A stretch of 64,000 bases of DNA from an archaeon (lineage in GTDB: Archaea; Aenigmatarchaeota; Aenigmatarchaeia; Aenigmatarchaeales; JACQIB01): NCBI GenBank assembly GCA_035291225.1, contig DATDSO010000004.1, positions 41,298 through 105,297 on the forward strand, written 5' to 3'. This document shows, piece by piece, positions 1 through 9,000 of the stretch. A program made the position numbers and the translations under genes. Under the pieces are notes generated by a model that was not told where the DNA came from, made no database searches, and saw only the letters and a program-made list of their open reading frames with translations. How positions within the stretch are numbered: the stretch's first letter is position 1; each line of letters opens with the position of its first letter.

Positions 1-1
1 A

Positions 2-772
2 CCAGCAGAAATTATTGAGCTGCTGAGAAAAATGCGACATGATGGGCGGCCTGCAGGAAAAGCAATTGAAGTTTTTGTTGCGCCATACCGCACAGATATT
101 CTGCACCCGATTGATTTGGTTGAGGAAGTTGCGATTGCTTATGGATATGGAAACTTTCAGCCAGAGATTCCGAATGTCGCAACTATTGGAGAGGAAACGC
201 AGAAAACTATTTTCTCGCGCAAGCTCGCGGAAATTTGTGTTGGGCTGGGCTTGCAGGAAATTCAAAGTTTGCATTTGGGAAATGAAAAAATTCTTGCTGA
301 GAAAATGCTTCTCACTGGAAAAAATAATTTTGTGAAAGTTCTGAATTCTGTAAATGCGGATTATGACACAATTAGGAATTCGCTTATTCCGAATTTGCTG
401 AAAGTTCTTTCTGAAAATACTCATTATGAATTTCCGCAAAATCTTTTTGAGATTGGAGAGGTTTATGAAAATGCGAATGGAGAGCCGGTTGAGAAAAATA
501 ATTTGGGAATTGTTTTCTGCCACGCGGGCGCGGAGTTCAATGAGGCAAAGTCTAGCGTTGAAGCTTTGTTCAGGCTTTTGGGAAAAACTATTTCTGTTGA
601 GCCTATAGAACATCCAAGCTTTATTGAGAGCCGTGTGGGGAAAATTATTTGCAATGGAAAAGAAGTTGGCTTACTCGGGGAAATTCATCCGCAGGCTCTT
701 GTGAATTTCGGATTGGAGCTGCCGGTTGTGGCGGTTGAGATTGAGGTTGGGAAAATGGCGGAAGTTATTTAA
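2..772 (+). CDS. pheT: Phenylalanine--tRNA ligase beta subunit, C-terminal part (5' end lies outside the window)
   Basis: The frame stays open upstream to the window edge. The motifs LVEEVAIAYGYGNF and EIPNVAT are characteristic of the B5 and catalytic-like domains of archaeal PheT. Confidence 0.7.
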   Translation, partial: PAEIIELLRKMRHDGRPAGKAIEVFVAPYRTDILHPIDLVEEVAIAYGYGNFQPEIPNVATIGEETQKTIFSRKLAEICVGLGLQEIQSLHLGNEKILAEKMLLTGKNNFVKVLNSVNADYDTIRNSLIPNLLKVLSENTHYEFPQNLFEIGEVYENANGEPVEKNNLGIVFCHAGAEFNEAKSSVEALFRLLGKTISVEPIEHPSFIESRVGKIICNGKEVGLLGEIHPQALVNFGLELPVVAVEIEVGKMAEVI

Positions 773-795
773 TCTTGAATTATCAATATTTATTA

Positions 796-1307
796 TGGCA
801 GAAACAACGAAACCAAGAATAACTATCGTCGATGAAAACGATAAAATTATAGACCATAAAAATAGAGGCACTGTGAAGAAAGAAGATATTTATCGTGTCT
901 CTGCCCTATGGATTACCAATTCTCGTGGTGAAATTCTTCTTGCAAGACGCCACAGCTCTAAATCTCATCACCCAAGAAAATGGGGTCCTGCTGTTGCTGG
1001 AACTGTTGATGAGGGTGAAACTTATGAAGAAAATATAATCAAAGAAGCTGAAGAAGAATTGGGACTCAAGAACATTAAACCTGAACTCGGTCCAAAAACA
1101 AAAACAGATAACGAATTTCACCACTTCACTCAATGGTATATATTAAATATCGATAAAAATTTAGATGAATTCAAAATACAAGAAGATGAAGTTGAAGAAA
1201 TTAAATGGTTTTCACCAGATGAGTTAAAGAAAGAACTTCAAGAACATCCTGAAGAATTCTTGCCTACAATGAAAAAGTATTTTGAATTATTTTTGCCACG
1301 CCATTAA
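796..1307 (+). CDS. Nudix hydrolase
   Basis: Nudix box GTVDEGETYEENIIKEAEEELGL. The ATG at 796 (MAETTKPRITIVDE) is preferred over the longer ORF that overlaps pheT. Confidence 0.7.
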
Positions 1308-1478
1308 TAATTAAAAATTTATGACTGTGTGTTTTAAGTTGCTCATTTCGTTGTACCCCGCTGCGCTTTCGCCGCTATCTAATTTCTGGCCAATTTTCTT
1401 TTTCCTATTTTCTTCTAGCATAACAAAGTCTGTAGTCTGTAAAACAAACTTTATAAATCCCTTTTGCCAAAAAAACCC

Positions 1479-3236
1479 ATGCGCGCACTTCTCTTATCGG
1501 CCCTTGCTTTCTTCATTCTGGCCTCGCCTGCGTTTGCTTTCAATGTTTTCGGAGCAGAAAGCACTGCAGAGGGGCAGACAGATTTTACAGGGAATGGAGT
1601 TGGAAACATCCAGAACTGGCCGCAGAAAGTTCAGGATATGTGCAAGAAATCTCAGGACAATGCAATTCAAGCGTGCCAGGATTATGTTAAAAGATTGAAC
1701 TTAAATCCTGGCGGCTGGTGGGTTACGAGAATGATTTCCGCAAAAAGTTTTACTCCGAGAACTCCTTCAATAGATGTAAATATTCAGGATATAATTTCCG
1801 GAAAGTTTGACTGCCCGCCGCATGATTTGCTTGTTGATAGCAATGGGCAGCTGGTTACTCAGGTTGCGATTTACAGCGAAATTGTGGATTATGGAAAATC
1901 AACTCAAAAAACCGGAGCAAAGCACATTCCCGGAGGAGATGAAAGCATACAGATTGCGTGCTCTTTTTCATGCTCAGCGTGGCCATGCGCGGCCGGGACA
2001 GATGAGTTCAAAAATTGCGAGGACACTTACTTTGATGATGCGAATGGGGATGGTTTTAGCGATGGAAAAAGAGATCCGGATGGAGGCGGATGGGGAGGGA
2101 GGACAAAGGGAGAAGTTGTTGACAGATTAACTAATGGAGAGCCCAACGAAGCTGGCGGATATTATGCGGGCTTGAGAATTATGTGCGAGGGGGAAGAAAA
2201 AATCCCGTGGTGGAAATTCTGGAAGGATAAAAATTGCAAGCTGAAAGATTGTGTTTCAACAGAGATTCCTTACAGGGGCGTTGCGGGCGCAGATGTTCAA
2301 CCCGGAAGATCAATCATAAGAGTCTGCTGCGGCTGCACTTGCACGAACAAATACATGACTCCAAATTTCAGGAATGACACTTATGTTCCGCTTGGATATG
2401 ATCCGTATGTGAAAATTTTCACTCCGGAGCCAATAGAAACAACTGTTAAAAATGATGTCAATGCTTTAATCGGAACTTTTGAAACACTGCCGCGGCTGCC
2501 CGCTGGAATAAAAAATATTTTCGGGGATGAGAGTGTTGATGTAAATATTGTTGACCCAGCAAAGAAAAATCTTATTTCATTTGGAGTTCAGTTAGTTGAT
2601 GGGAAAATTTCTGGAGCGAAAATAGGAAGCTTGGGAAAAGCCGCAACAATGAGCGTCAATACTGACCACAACACTTTTTACAGAATAAAAGATTCAAAGG
2701 ATCCGGCTGGAATTCTTGTGAAATCAATAAATGACAAGAGCATAAAATATTCTTCTGTTGGAATTGGTGGGGCTGTAAAAGTTGGTTTGGTAAATCTTGC
2801 TGCAGGGGTTTTGGGCGGGGGGCAAACTCCGACTGTAAAAGCTGGAAGCGAAATTTATCTCAATGGCCAGACTGGAGTTGTGAAAGTAAATCCAAATAAT
2901 ATTTTCGTTGTTCAATATACAACTCCAAATCCTCCAAGAGAGATGCCTGTTGTGAATCTTTATGGAAACGCTTATGGTTATACTTACTCGCGGCCGCAGA
3001 ATTTGGTTTCAACAGCGCCGAAATCTTACAGCGTGAGCGCGGGAATTTACAATTATCCGACAAACAATTATGCGAATTATTGGGCAACGCAGAGCTATAG
3101 GCCGAGCGTTCCTTCATTTGGATACACTCCAACAACTGCAATGCAAACTGCTTATGCTGGTTATACTTATGCTGCACGCGGAGGATTTGGCGGAAGCAGT
3201 GGGGCAACTTATTCAACAATTGGTTTTAGAGCGTGA
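1479..3236 (+). CDS. Secreted cysteine-rich protein with Tyr/Gly-rich C-terminal tail
   Basis: N-terminal signal peptide MRALLLSALAFFILASPAFA. Many Cys residues, CCGC and CTC clusters. The C-terminus is low-complexity and rich in Y, G, T and S. No recognisable family. Confidence 0.45.
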   Translation: MRALLLSALAFFILASPAFAFNVFGAESTAEGQTDFTGNGVGNIQNWPQKVQDMCKKSQDNAIQACQDYVKRLNLNPGGWWVTRMISAKSFTPRTPSIDVNIQDIISGKFDCPPHDLLVDSNGQLVTQVAIYSEIVDYGKSTQKTGAKHIPGGDESIQIACSFSCSAWPCAAGTDEFKNCEDTYFDDANGDGFSDGKRDPDGGGWGGRTKGEVVDRLTNGEPNEAGGYYAGLRIMCEGEEKIPWWKFWKDKNCKLKDCVSTEIPYRGVAGADVQPGRSIIRVCCGCTCTNKYMTPNFRNDTYVPLGYDPYVKIFTPEPIETTVKNDVNALIGTFETLPRLPAGIKNIFGDESVDVNIVDPAKKNLISFGVQLVDGKISGAKIGSLGKAATMSVNTDHNTFYRIKDSKDPAGILVKSINDKSIKYSSVGIGGAVKVGLVNLAAGVLGGGQTPTVKAGSEIYLNGQTGVVKVNPNNIFVVQYTTPNPPREMPVVNLYGNAYGYTYSRPQNLVSTAPKSYSVSAGIYNYPTNNYANYWATQSYRPSVPSFGYTPTTAMQTAYAGYTYAARGGFGGSSGATYSTIGFRA

Positions 3237-3706
3237 TTATTATGTCTAATAAAAAAATTGAAGAAAAAGTAGAAGAAGCAAAACCAAAAGCAGGAATTGG
3301 AAAAAAGAAAATCGCTATTTTAGTTTTGGCTTTGATAGTTATAATTATCGTTGGCTATATGTTTATTCCGGCGCCAACAGGAGAAATTATTTTGAATGAA
3401 AAAAATTCTGAGATTTACTCTCTGCTTGTTGCGGGCGGAATAAATGAATCGATGGTTGATGCAACCGCTGAAAGAGTTTTGATTCAGTATGATTTGCCTG
3501 AAGGGATGGAGAAAGAGGCCTCGTGGTATTTTGTGATGGGATCTGCAGCAGCTGCTTCGCCTGAGTCTGAAAAAGTTGTTGCGCAGGCTTTTGTTGGCGA
3601 AAATCCGACTGAAAAAGTTTCTGTGAAAACAAAAGATGTTTTGGATTTGCTTGCTGGCAGGATTAATGATGCGGAGTTTGCAGGGAAGGTTGAGGTTATT
3701 TCCTGA
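3233..3706 (+). CDS. Hypothetical membrane-anchored protein
   Basis: Overlaps the stop of the upstream gene by 4 nt, which suggests co-transcription. One N-terminal TM helix (IAILVLALIVIIIVGYMFI). Confidence 0.4.
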   Translation: MIIMSNKKIEEKVEEAKPKAGIGKKKIAILVLALIVIIIVGYMFIPAPTGEIILNEKNSEIYSLLVAGGINESMVDATAERVLIQYDLPEGMEKEASWYFVMGSAAAASPESEKVVAQAFVGENPTEKVSVKTKDVLDLLAGRINDAEFAGKVEVIS

Positions 3707-4457
3707 AAGCTCCGAAAAGAAAATCCAAAAATCCTTTCCTTTCAACAAATTCTTCTCCCAGCAAATTCGCAGCAAGCCTTTTGAATTCGCGTGAAGCCTT
3801 TGATCGCGGAAATTGAAAAACAACTGGAGATTTCTTGGCAATTGATTTCTGCACATCTATATCTTCAGGAATTTTTGCGATAACAGGATGCTCCAAAAGG
3901 GATCGGATTTCTTTCGTGGTCATTTCATGATTTCTATCTGTGGTCCTGTTCACAACAACCCCCAGAACTGTTTTGTTGTAATTTTCGCAGATTTTTATCG
4001 CCTTCAGTGCATCTGTTACTGCAGGCATTTCCGGATTAGTTACAATTATAATATCATCTGCAATTTCTATCGCAGTCCTAGCTTCCCGTCCCAAGCCCGC
4101 TGCGCCGTCAATAAAAATAAATCCTCTGCGAGGCAAAAGTTTTTCTACAGCGTCCCTGAGTTTTTCAACATCTATTCTTGTTATCGCATTTACAGAAAGG
4201 CTCGCCGGAACCACCCTCACACCGGAGTCGTGGACAAAAATTGTGTCATATATCTCACATTCTCCGGCCAAAAAATCATGAAGTGTTCTCGGATATAGCG
4301 GGATTCCAAAATGCAAGCCCAGATTCGGTGTCGTAACATTTCCGTCTATTACCAAAACGCCGTGTCCGTTCTGTGCAAGAGCAACTGCAAGGTTTGCTGT
4401 TGTGGTGGTTTTTCCTACGCCACCTTTCGCAGAAATGACAGAAATGATGCGAGTCAT
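3696..4457 (-). CDS. minD: MinD/ParA-family P-loop ATPase
   Basis: Deviant Walker A SAKGGVGKTTTTANLA. The MTRIISV start at 4457 is preferred over the longer ORF that extends to 4568. Confidence 0.8.
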   Translation of the reverse strand: MTRIISVISAKGGVGKTTTTANLAVALAQNGHGVLVIDGNVTTPNLGLHFGIPLYPRTLHDFLAGECEIYDTIFVHDSGVRVVPASLSVNAITRIDVEKLRDAVEKLLPRRGFIFIDGAAGLGREARTAIEIADDIIIVTNPEMPAVTDALKAIKICENYNKTVLGVVVNRTTDRNHEMTTKEIRSLLEHPVIAKIPEDIDVQKSIAKKSPVVFQFPRSKASREFKRLAANLLGEEFVERKGFLDFLFGAFRK

Positions 4458-4494
4458 ATTTCTGATTGGAATTGTGAGAATAAAAAGATTAATT

Positions 4495-5253
4495 TTAGTT
4501 GTTTCTTTCTCTGGAATTGACCACCACAAGAGTTTTTTGTATTTCTCTCGGCACGGACTTCCTTTCAAAATATGCTCCTCCGGTGGAAAAAAGCAGGCCC
4601 GATATCAACGCAATTGAGTAAGAGAATATAAGAGTGTTAGAGAGCGGCAAGAGGAAGTATTGTAATGCTGCCGAGTACATTCCGCTTGCATCTGGCAAAG
4701 GCAAAAATGTTTCAAAGAAAGGAATTGCTAAAATTGGGAGGCTCGCTATAATAAGAGATATACCCGCATATTTAGATATCTCAAAGATTTTCTTTTTGTT
4801 AAAATAAAGCACAGTTGCTCCTATAAGAGAAAACAAGAATGAAAATATCGAGGCCACCATGAAAATTCCGTTTCCATATTGGCTTACAGCCAATTCAAAA
4901 ACTGAAGTTTTTTCTGAAGGGAAATTTCTGTAATATCCCTGTGAGAAAAGCTCTTCGCCGAAATAAGTTCCTATGTTCTGCTGGGTTGACTGCTTTATTT
5001 TCTCGGAATAGAATTTGAATATATAGCCGCTTGTGCTTTTTCTCTCTATGAACTGCTTTCCATTAGATTCCTCTATCAAGTTTTCTATTTTATCCGGCGG
5101 CTGATTTGCCTGATAGGCTTTTTGCAGAGATTCTATTGCATTTGCCTTAACAACTTCTGGCTGTGTAAAATAGAAAAGCGAGGTTGAAATAACAAAAATG
5201 CTAAGCGAAGCTATCAATATGAAAACTCCAAAAACTGTCTTTAATTCTGACAT
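4495..5253 (-). CDS. Hypothetical polytopic membrane protein
   Basis: Several hydrophobic helices. Lies immediately upstream of minD on the same strand. Confidence 0.4.
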   Translation of the reverse strand: MSELKTVFGVFILIASLSIFVISTSLFYFTQPEVVKANAIESLQKAYQANQPPDKIENLIEESNGKQFIERKSTSGYIFKFYSEKIKQSTQQNIGTYFGEELFSQGYYRNFPSEKTSVFELAVSQYGNGIFMVASIFSFLFSLIGATVLYFNKKKIFEISKYAGISLIIASLPILAIPFFETFLPLPDASGMYSAALQYFLLPLSNTLIFSYSIALISGLLFSTGGAYFERKSVPREIQKTLVVVNSRERNN

Positions 5254-5315
5254 AGTATCTGGAATATACTATGCATAGGTGGTATTTAAAGCTTCTTAAC
5301 TTAGTGGTGGTGAAG

Positions 5316-5448
5316 TGGCGCGCCCGACGGAATTTGAATCCGCGACCTCTTGCTTTCATCTCTTCCAATCTTGGATTAGAAGGTTCGCCTAATCATCAAG
5401 CGCTCTATTTGCTTAACCAAATTAGTTTCCAAGCTGAGCTACGGGCGC
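5316..5448 (-). tRNA. tRNA gene with two putative introns (D-loop and anticodon region) and an encoded CCA; anticodon not assignable by eye
   Basis: - **Acceptor stem:** the minus strand reads GCGCCCG-TA-GCTC-AGCTTGG... and closes with ...GCGGA-TTCAAAT-TCCGT-CGGGCGC-G-CCA. The acceptor stem GCGCCCG/CGGGCGC is perfect.
- **T arm and D stem:** the T-loop is the canonical TTCAAAT and the D-stem is GCTC/GAGC.
- **Length accounting:** the gene is 130 nt, which equals 74 nt mature plus a 21-nt insert in the D-loop plus a 35-nt insert in the anticodon arm. Confidence 0.6.
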
Positions 5449-5487
5449 ACAGCTCTAATAGAAGAACATAACTTATAAATTTGGATT

Positions 5488-6018
5488 TTGAAGATGTTTT
5501 GTGGTGAAATGAAAATTAGAGAAGCTTTGGAAAGAGATTTGGATTATCTTTTTGAAATAGACAAAAAATCTTACGGCGACGATGGTTGGAGCAAAGAGTT
5601 CATGCTGGCGAGGTTTAAGTCGTTTCCAAACGAATTTTTTGTGGCGGAAGAAAATGGAAAACCTACTGGCTTTATTATTTTTGAAATTTTGAGCGGGAAT
5701 GAAACTCCCGCGGGATTTTCTAATATGAAATTGTATAAGCCTCTAGCAGGAAAATGGATGCACATAATAGGATTTACAACCAAGACAAATTACAAAGATA
5801 AAGCAGCCGATTCTAAACTACTTCTGGCAGCAGAAAATATTGGAAAGCGCGAAGGGTGCATAGAAGCATTTGTGCCGCTAAGCAAAAATCATCCTTTTGA
5901 AGAGAATGGAGCATTTAAGTTCTGGAAAGAAAATGGTTATAAAAAATCGGGAGAGATAGATTGGACATCCGAAATAGGCAGTTCTGTTAGCTGCTATTTT
6001 TACAGAAAGAAATTGTGA
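5488..6018 (+). CDS. GNAT-family N-acetyltransferase (probable)
   Basis: The layout resembles RimI. The start could instead be at 5509 (MKIREALERDLDYL). A GNAT core-like segment runs GFIIFEIL...IGFTT. Confidence 0.45.
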   Translation: MKMFCGEMKIREALERDLDYLFEIDKKSYGDDGWSKEFMLARFKSFPNEFFVAEENGKPTGFIIFEILSGNETPAGFSNMKLYKPLAGKWMHIIGFTTKTNYKDKAADSKLLLAAENIGKREGCIEAFVPLSKNHPFEENGAFKFWKENGYKKSGEIDWTSEIGSSVSCYFYRKKL

Positions 6019-6022
6019 TTAA

Positions 6023-9000
6023 ATGGACTTCATCAAAATAGAAAAAAAGTGGCAGGCTGCTTGGGAGAAAGCGAAAATATTTGAGTCCAGCGAGAAATCA
6101 AAGAAGAAAAAATTTTACTGCCTTGAAATGTTCCCATATCCGTCCGGCTCGGGCCTGCATATGGGGCACACGAAAAATTATGTGATTGGGGATATTTTCA
6201 GCCGCTTCAAAAGAATGAAAGGTTTCAATGTTCTTTATCCAATGGGCTATGATGCCTTTGGCTTGCCGGCTGAAAATGCCGCAATAAAAGCCGGAGTTGA
6301 TCCGGAAAAATACACAAAAGAAATAATAGCAAACTTCATCAAGCAGCAGAAAGCAATTGGGCTTAGCTATGATTGGCCGAGAACAATTGCGACATGCGAG
6401 CCTGAATATTACAAATGGAACCAGTTTTTCTTTTTGAAATTTTTTGAGAGAGGCTTGGTCTACAGGAAAAAAGCTGCTGTAAATTGGTGCCCGAAGTGCC
6501 AAACTGTTTTGGCAAACGAGCAGGTTCAGGGAGGAGTTTGCTGGAGGCACACTGACACGCAGGTTGAAATAAAACAGCTTGAGCAGTGGTTTGTCAAAAC
6601 AACAAATTATGCGGATGAGCTGCTTGAGGGAATCAAAGAATTGCAGTGGCCTGAAAGAATTAAAATTATGCAGGAAAATTGGATTGGAAAAAGTTTTGGG
6701 ACTGAAATTGATTTTGAAATTGCTCATGATAGAGAGAAAAAGAAAATTCTTATTGGAACAAGGAACAAAGCAAAAATTTCTATGATAAAAAACGCTTTCG
6801 CAAGTTTTCCTGAAATTGAATTTATTTCTCTTGAGGATTTTCCGAATCTCGATGACTCTGCTTTAAAAGAGGGAAATGATTTCAGGGAAAATTCCCATAA
6901 GAAAGCCGAATTCTATTTCAAGAAGACAGGTATTCGGACTATTTCAACAGATCAAATCCAATGGGTGGAAAAATATCCTAAAGAAAATGGATTTATTGTG
7001 CATGTAAGAAAATTGGCAAATCCAAACTCTCCGCGCGCTTCTGATGAGGAGGTTGGAAAATGGATAGAAGAATTTGTTGAAAAACATGGAGATTCAAGAG
7101 CTAATTTTCATTTTGCTATTTCGTATGCTGATGAGAATGGCATAAAAGATTTTGTCAGCATACAAAAGGAATATATTTTACAGAAGGAAAAGTCAAAAAA
7201 ATCCAACGATGGATACGCCTTTGATAAATATATGAAGGATTCGAACACTGGGGAGTTTAGAATTGAACAGCCTGAGCATATTGCCTTTAGCAAATTTCAT
7301 GATTTTGTTAGAGAGGAATTCGTTCCAAGCGTTTTTCCTAATCTTAAGAAATGGCCGATTTTCACAACGCGCCCTGACACAATTTTCGGAGTTACTTTCA
7401 TGGTTGTTTCTGCGCAGCATCCAAGATTAATGGAACTTGTAACGCAGAAACAGAAAATTGAAGTTGAAAACTTTTTGAAAAAAATAAAATCAACAAGCGA
7501 GAAGGAAACCGAAGAATTAAACAAAGAAGGGGCATTTACAGGAAGCTATGCAATAAATCCTGCGACCGGAGAAAAAATTCCAATCTATGCTGGAAATTTT
7601 GTGATTGCTGATTATGGCTCTGGAATGGTTATGGCTGTGCCTGCCCATGACCAGAGAGATTTTGAATTTGCGAAGAAGTATGGGCTGCCAATCAAGCGCG
7701 TCATCTCTCCAAGCAAACAGAGTTGCATTATTGTTCATGGTTCAAACTCTTCTGAGGCAGCAGCAAAAAAAGGCGCGCTAGAAAATCTGAGGCATTGGAA
7801 GCCGTGGTTAAAGAAAAATCTGGAGAAAAACGGAATAAAAACATCTAATGAATTATATCCCGAAGACTGGCTTCCAGATTATGATAAATGGAAAAGTGTT
7901 TTTGAAAAAAATACAATCGATGAAAATACCATTCTTGTTGGTCATAGCGCCGGAACTGCATTCTTGCTGCGATGGTTAAGTGAGAATAAGAAAAAGGTTA
8001 ACAAACTAATATTGGTGGCGCCATCAGTCATTAAAAAGAATGACAAGTACCTGCGGCTAAGCAAATTAAAGGATTTTAGTTATGACTCATCATTGAAAAA
8101 CTACTTCAATAAATTGGTGGTATTCTATTCAGACAGCGATGCAGAACACATCATAGAAAGTGCAAAACAGATCCATACTAGGCTTGGTGGTGATTTGGTA
8201 CAAATCAAAGGAAAGGGGCATTTCATCTATGAAGATATGGGTACCGAAGAATTTCCCGAATTGCTTGAGGTAATACTTATTCTCAATGAAGCGTTTACCG
8301 GAGATGGAGTTTTAGTAAATTCTGGAAATTTTTCAGGAATGAACAATCGTGAGGCAATCGAAGAAATCACAAAATATTTGGAAAGCAAAAATCTTGGAAA
8401 GAAAGTTGTAAATTATAAACTGCGCGACTGGTTGATTTCGCGCCAGAGATATTGGGGCACGCCGATTCCAATAATTTATTGCGGGAAGTGCGGAATTGTC
8501 CCTGTGCCTGAAAAAGACTTGCCAATTCTCCTGCCGAAGGATGTGAAGTTTGGGCAAGGAAATCCTTTGCTCACAAGCGAGAAATTTGTGAAAACAAAAT
8601 GCCCGAAATGCAAATCTCCCGCCAAAAGAGAAACTGACACAATGGACACTTTCTTTGACAGCAGCTGGTATTTTTTGAGATACTGCGACAGCAAAAATTC
8701 CAAAGTTCCGTTTGAAAAGAAAAAAGCAGAATACTGGATGCCGGTTGACCAATATATTGGCGGCGCAGAGCACGCGTGCATGCACTTAATCTACGCGAGA
8801 TTTTTCACAAAAGTTTTGCGGGATATGGGAATGCTGAAATTTGGAGAGCCGTTTCCGAAATTGTTCAACCAAGGAATGCTGCATAAAGATGGATTTGTAA
8901 TGAGCAAGAGCCGGGGAAATGTTGTGTCCCCAGATGAGGTTTCAAAAAAATACGGAATTGATGCGGCAAGATTTTTCCTAATGTTTGCGGCCGCGCCTGA

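Noticed and set aside
4458-4568. N-terminal extension of the MinD ORF (MKGSPCREKYKKLLWWSIPEKETTKINLFILTIPIRN)
   Set aside because: MinD/ParA proteins start just before the Walker A motif. The internal ATG (MTRIISVISAKGGVGKT) fits and avoids overlap with the upstream membrane gene.
6740-8294. LeuRS insertions considered as inteins
   Set aside because: No Cys/Ser/Thr N-terminal splice residue followed by intein blocks, no C-terminal HN plus nucleophile, and no homing endonuclease motifs. The segments instead resemble Ham1-like and serine-hydrolase folds.
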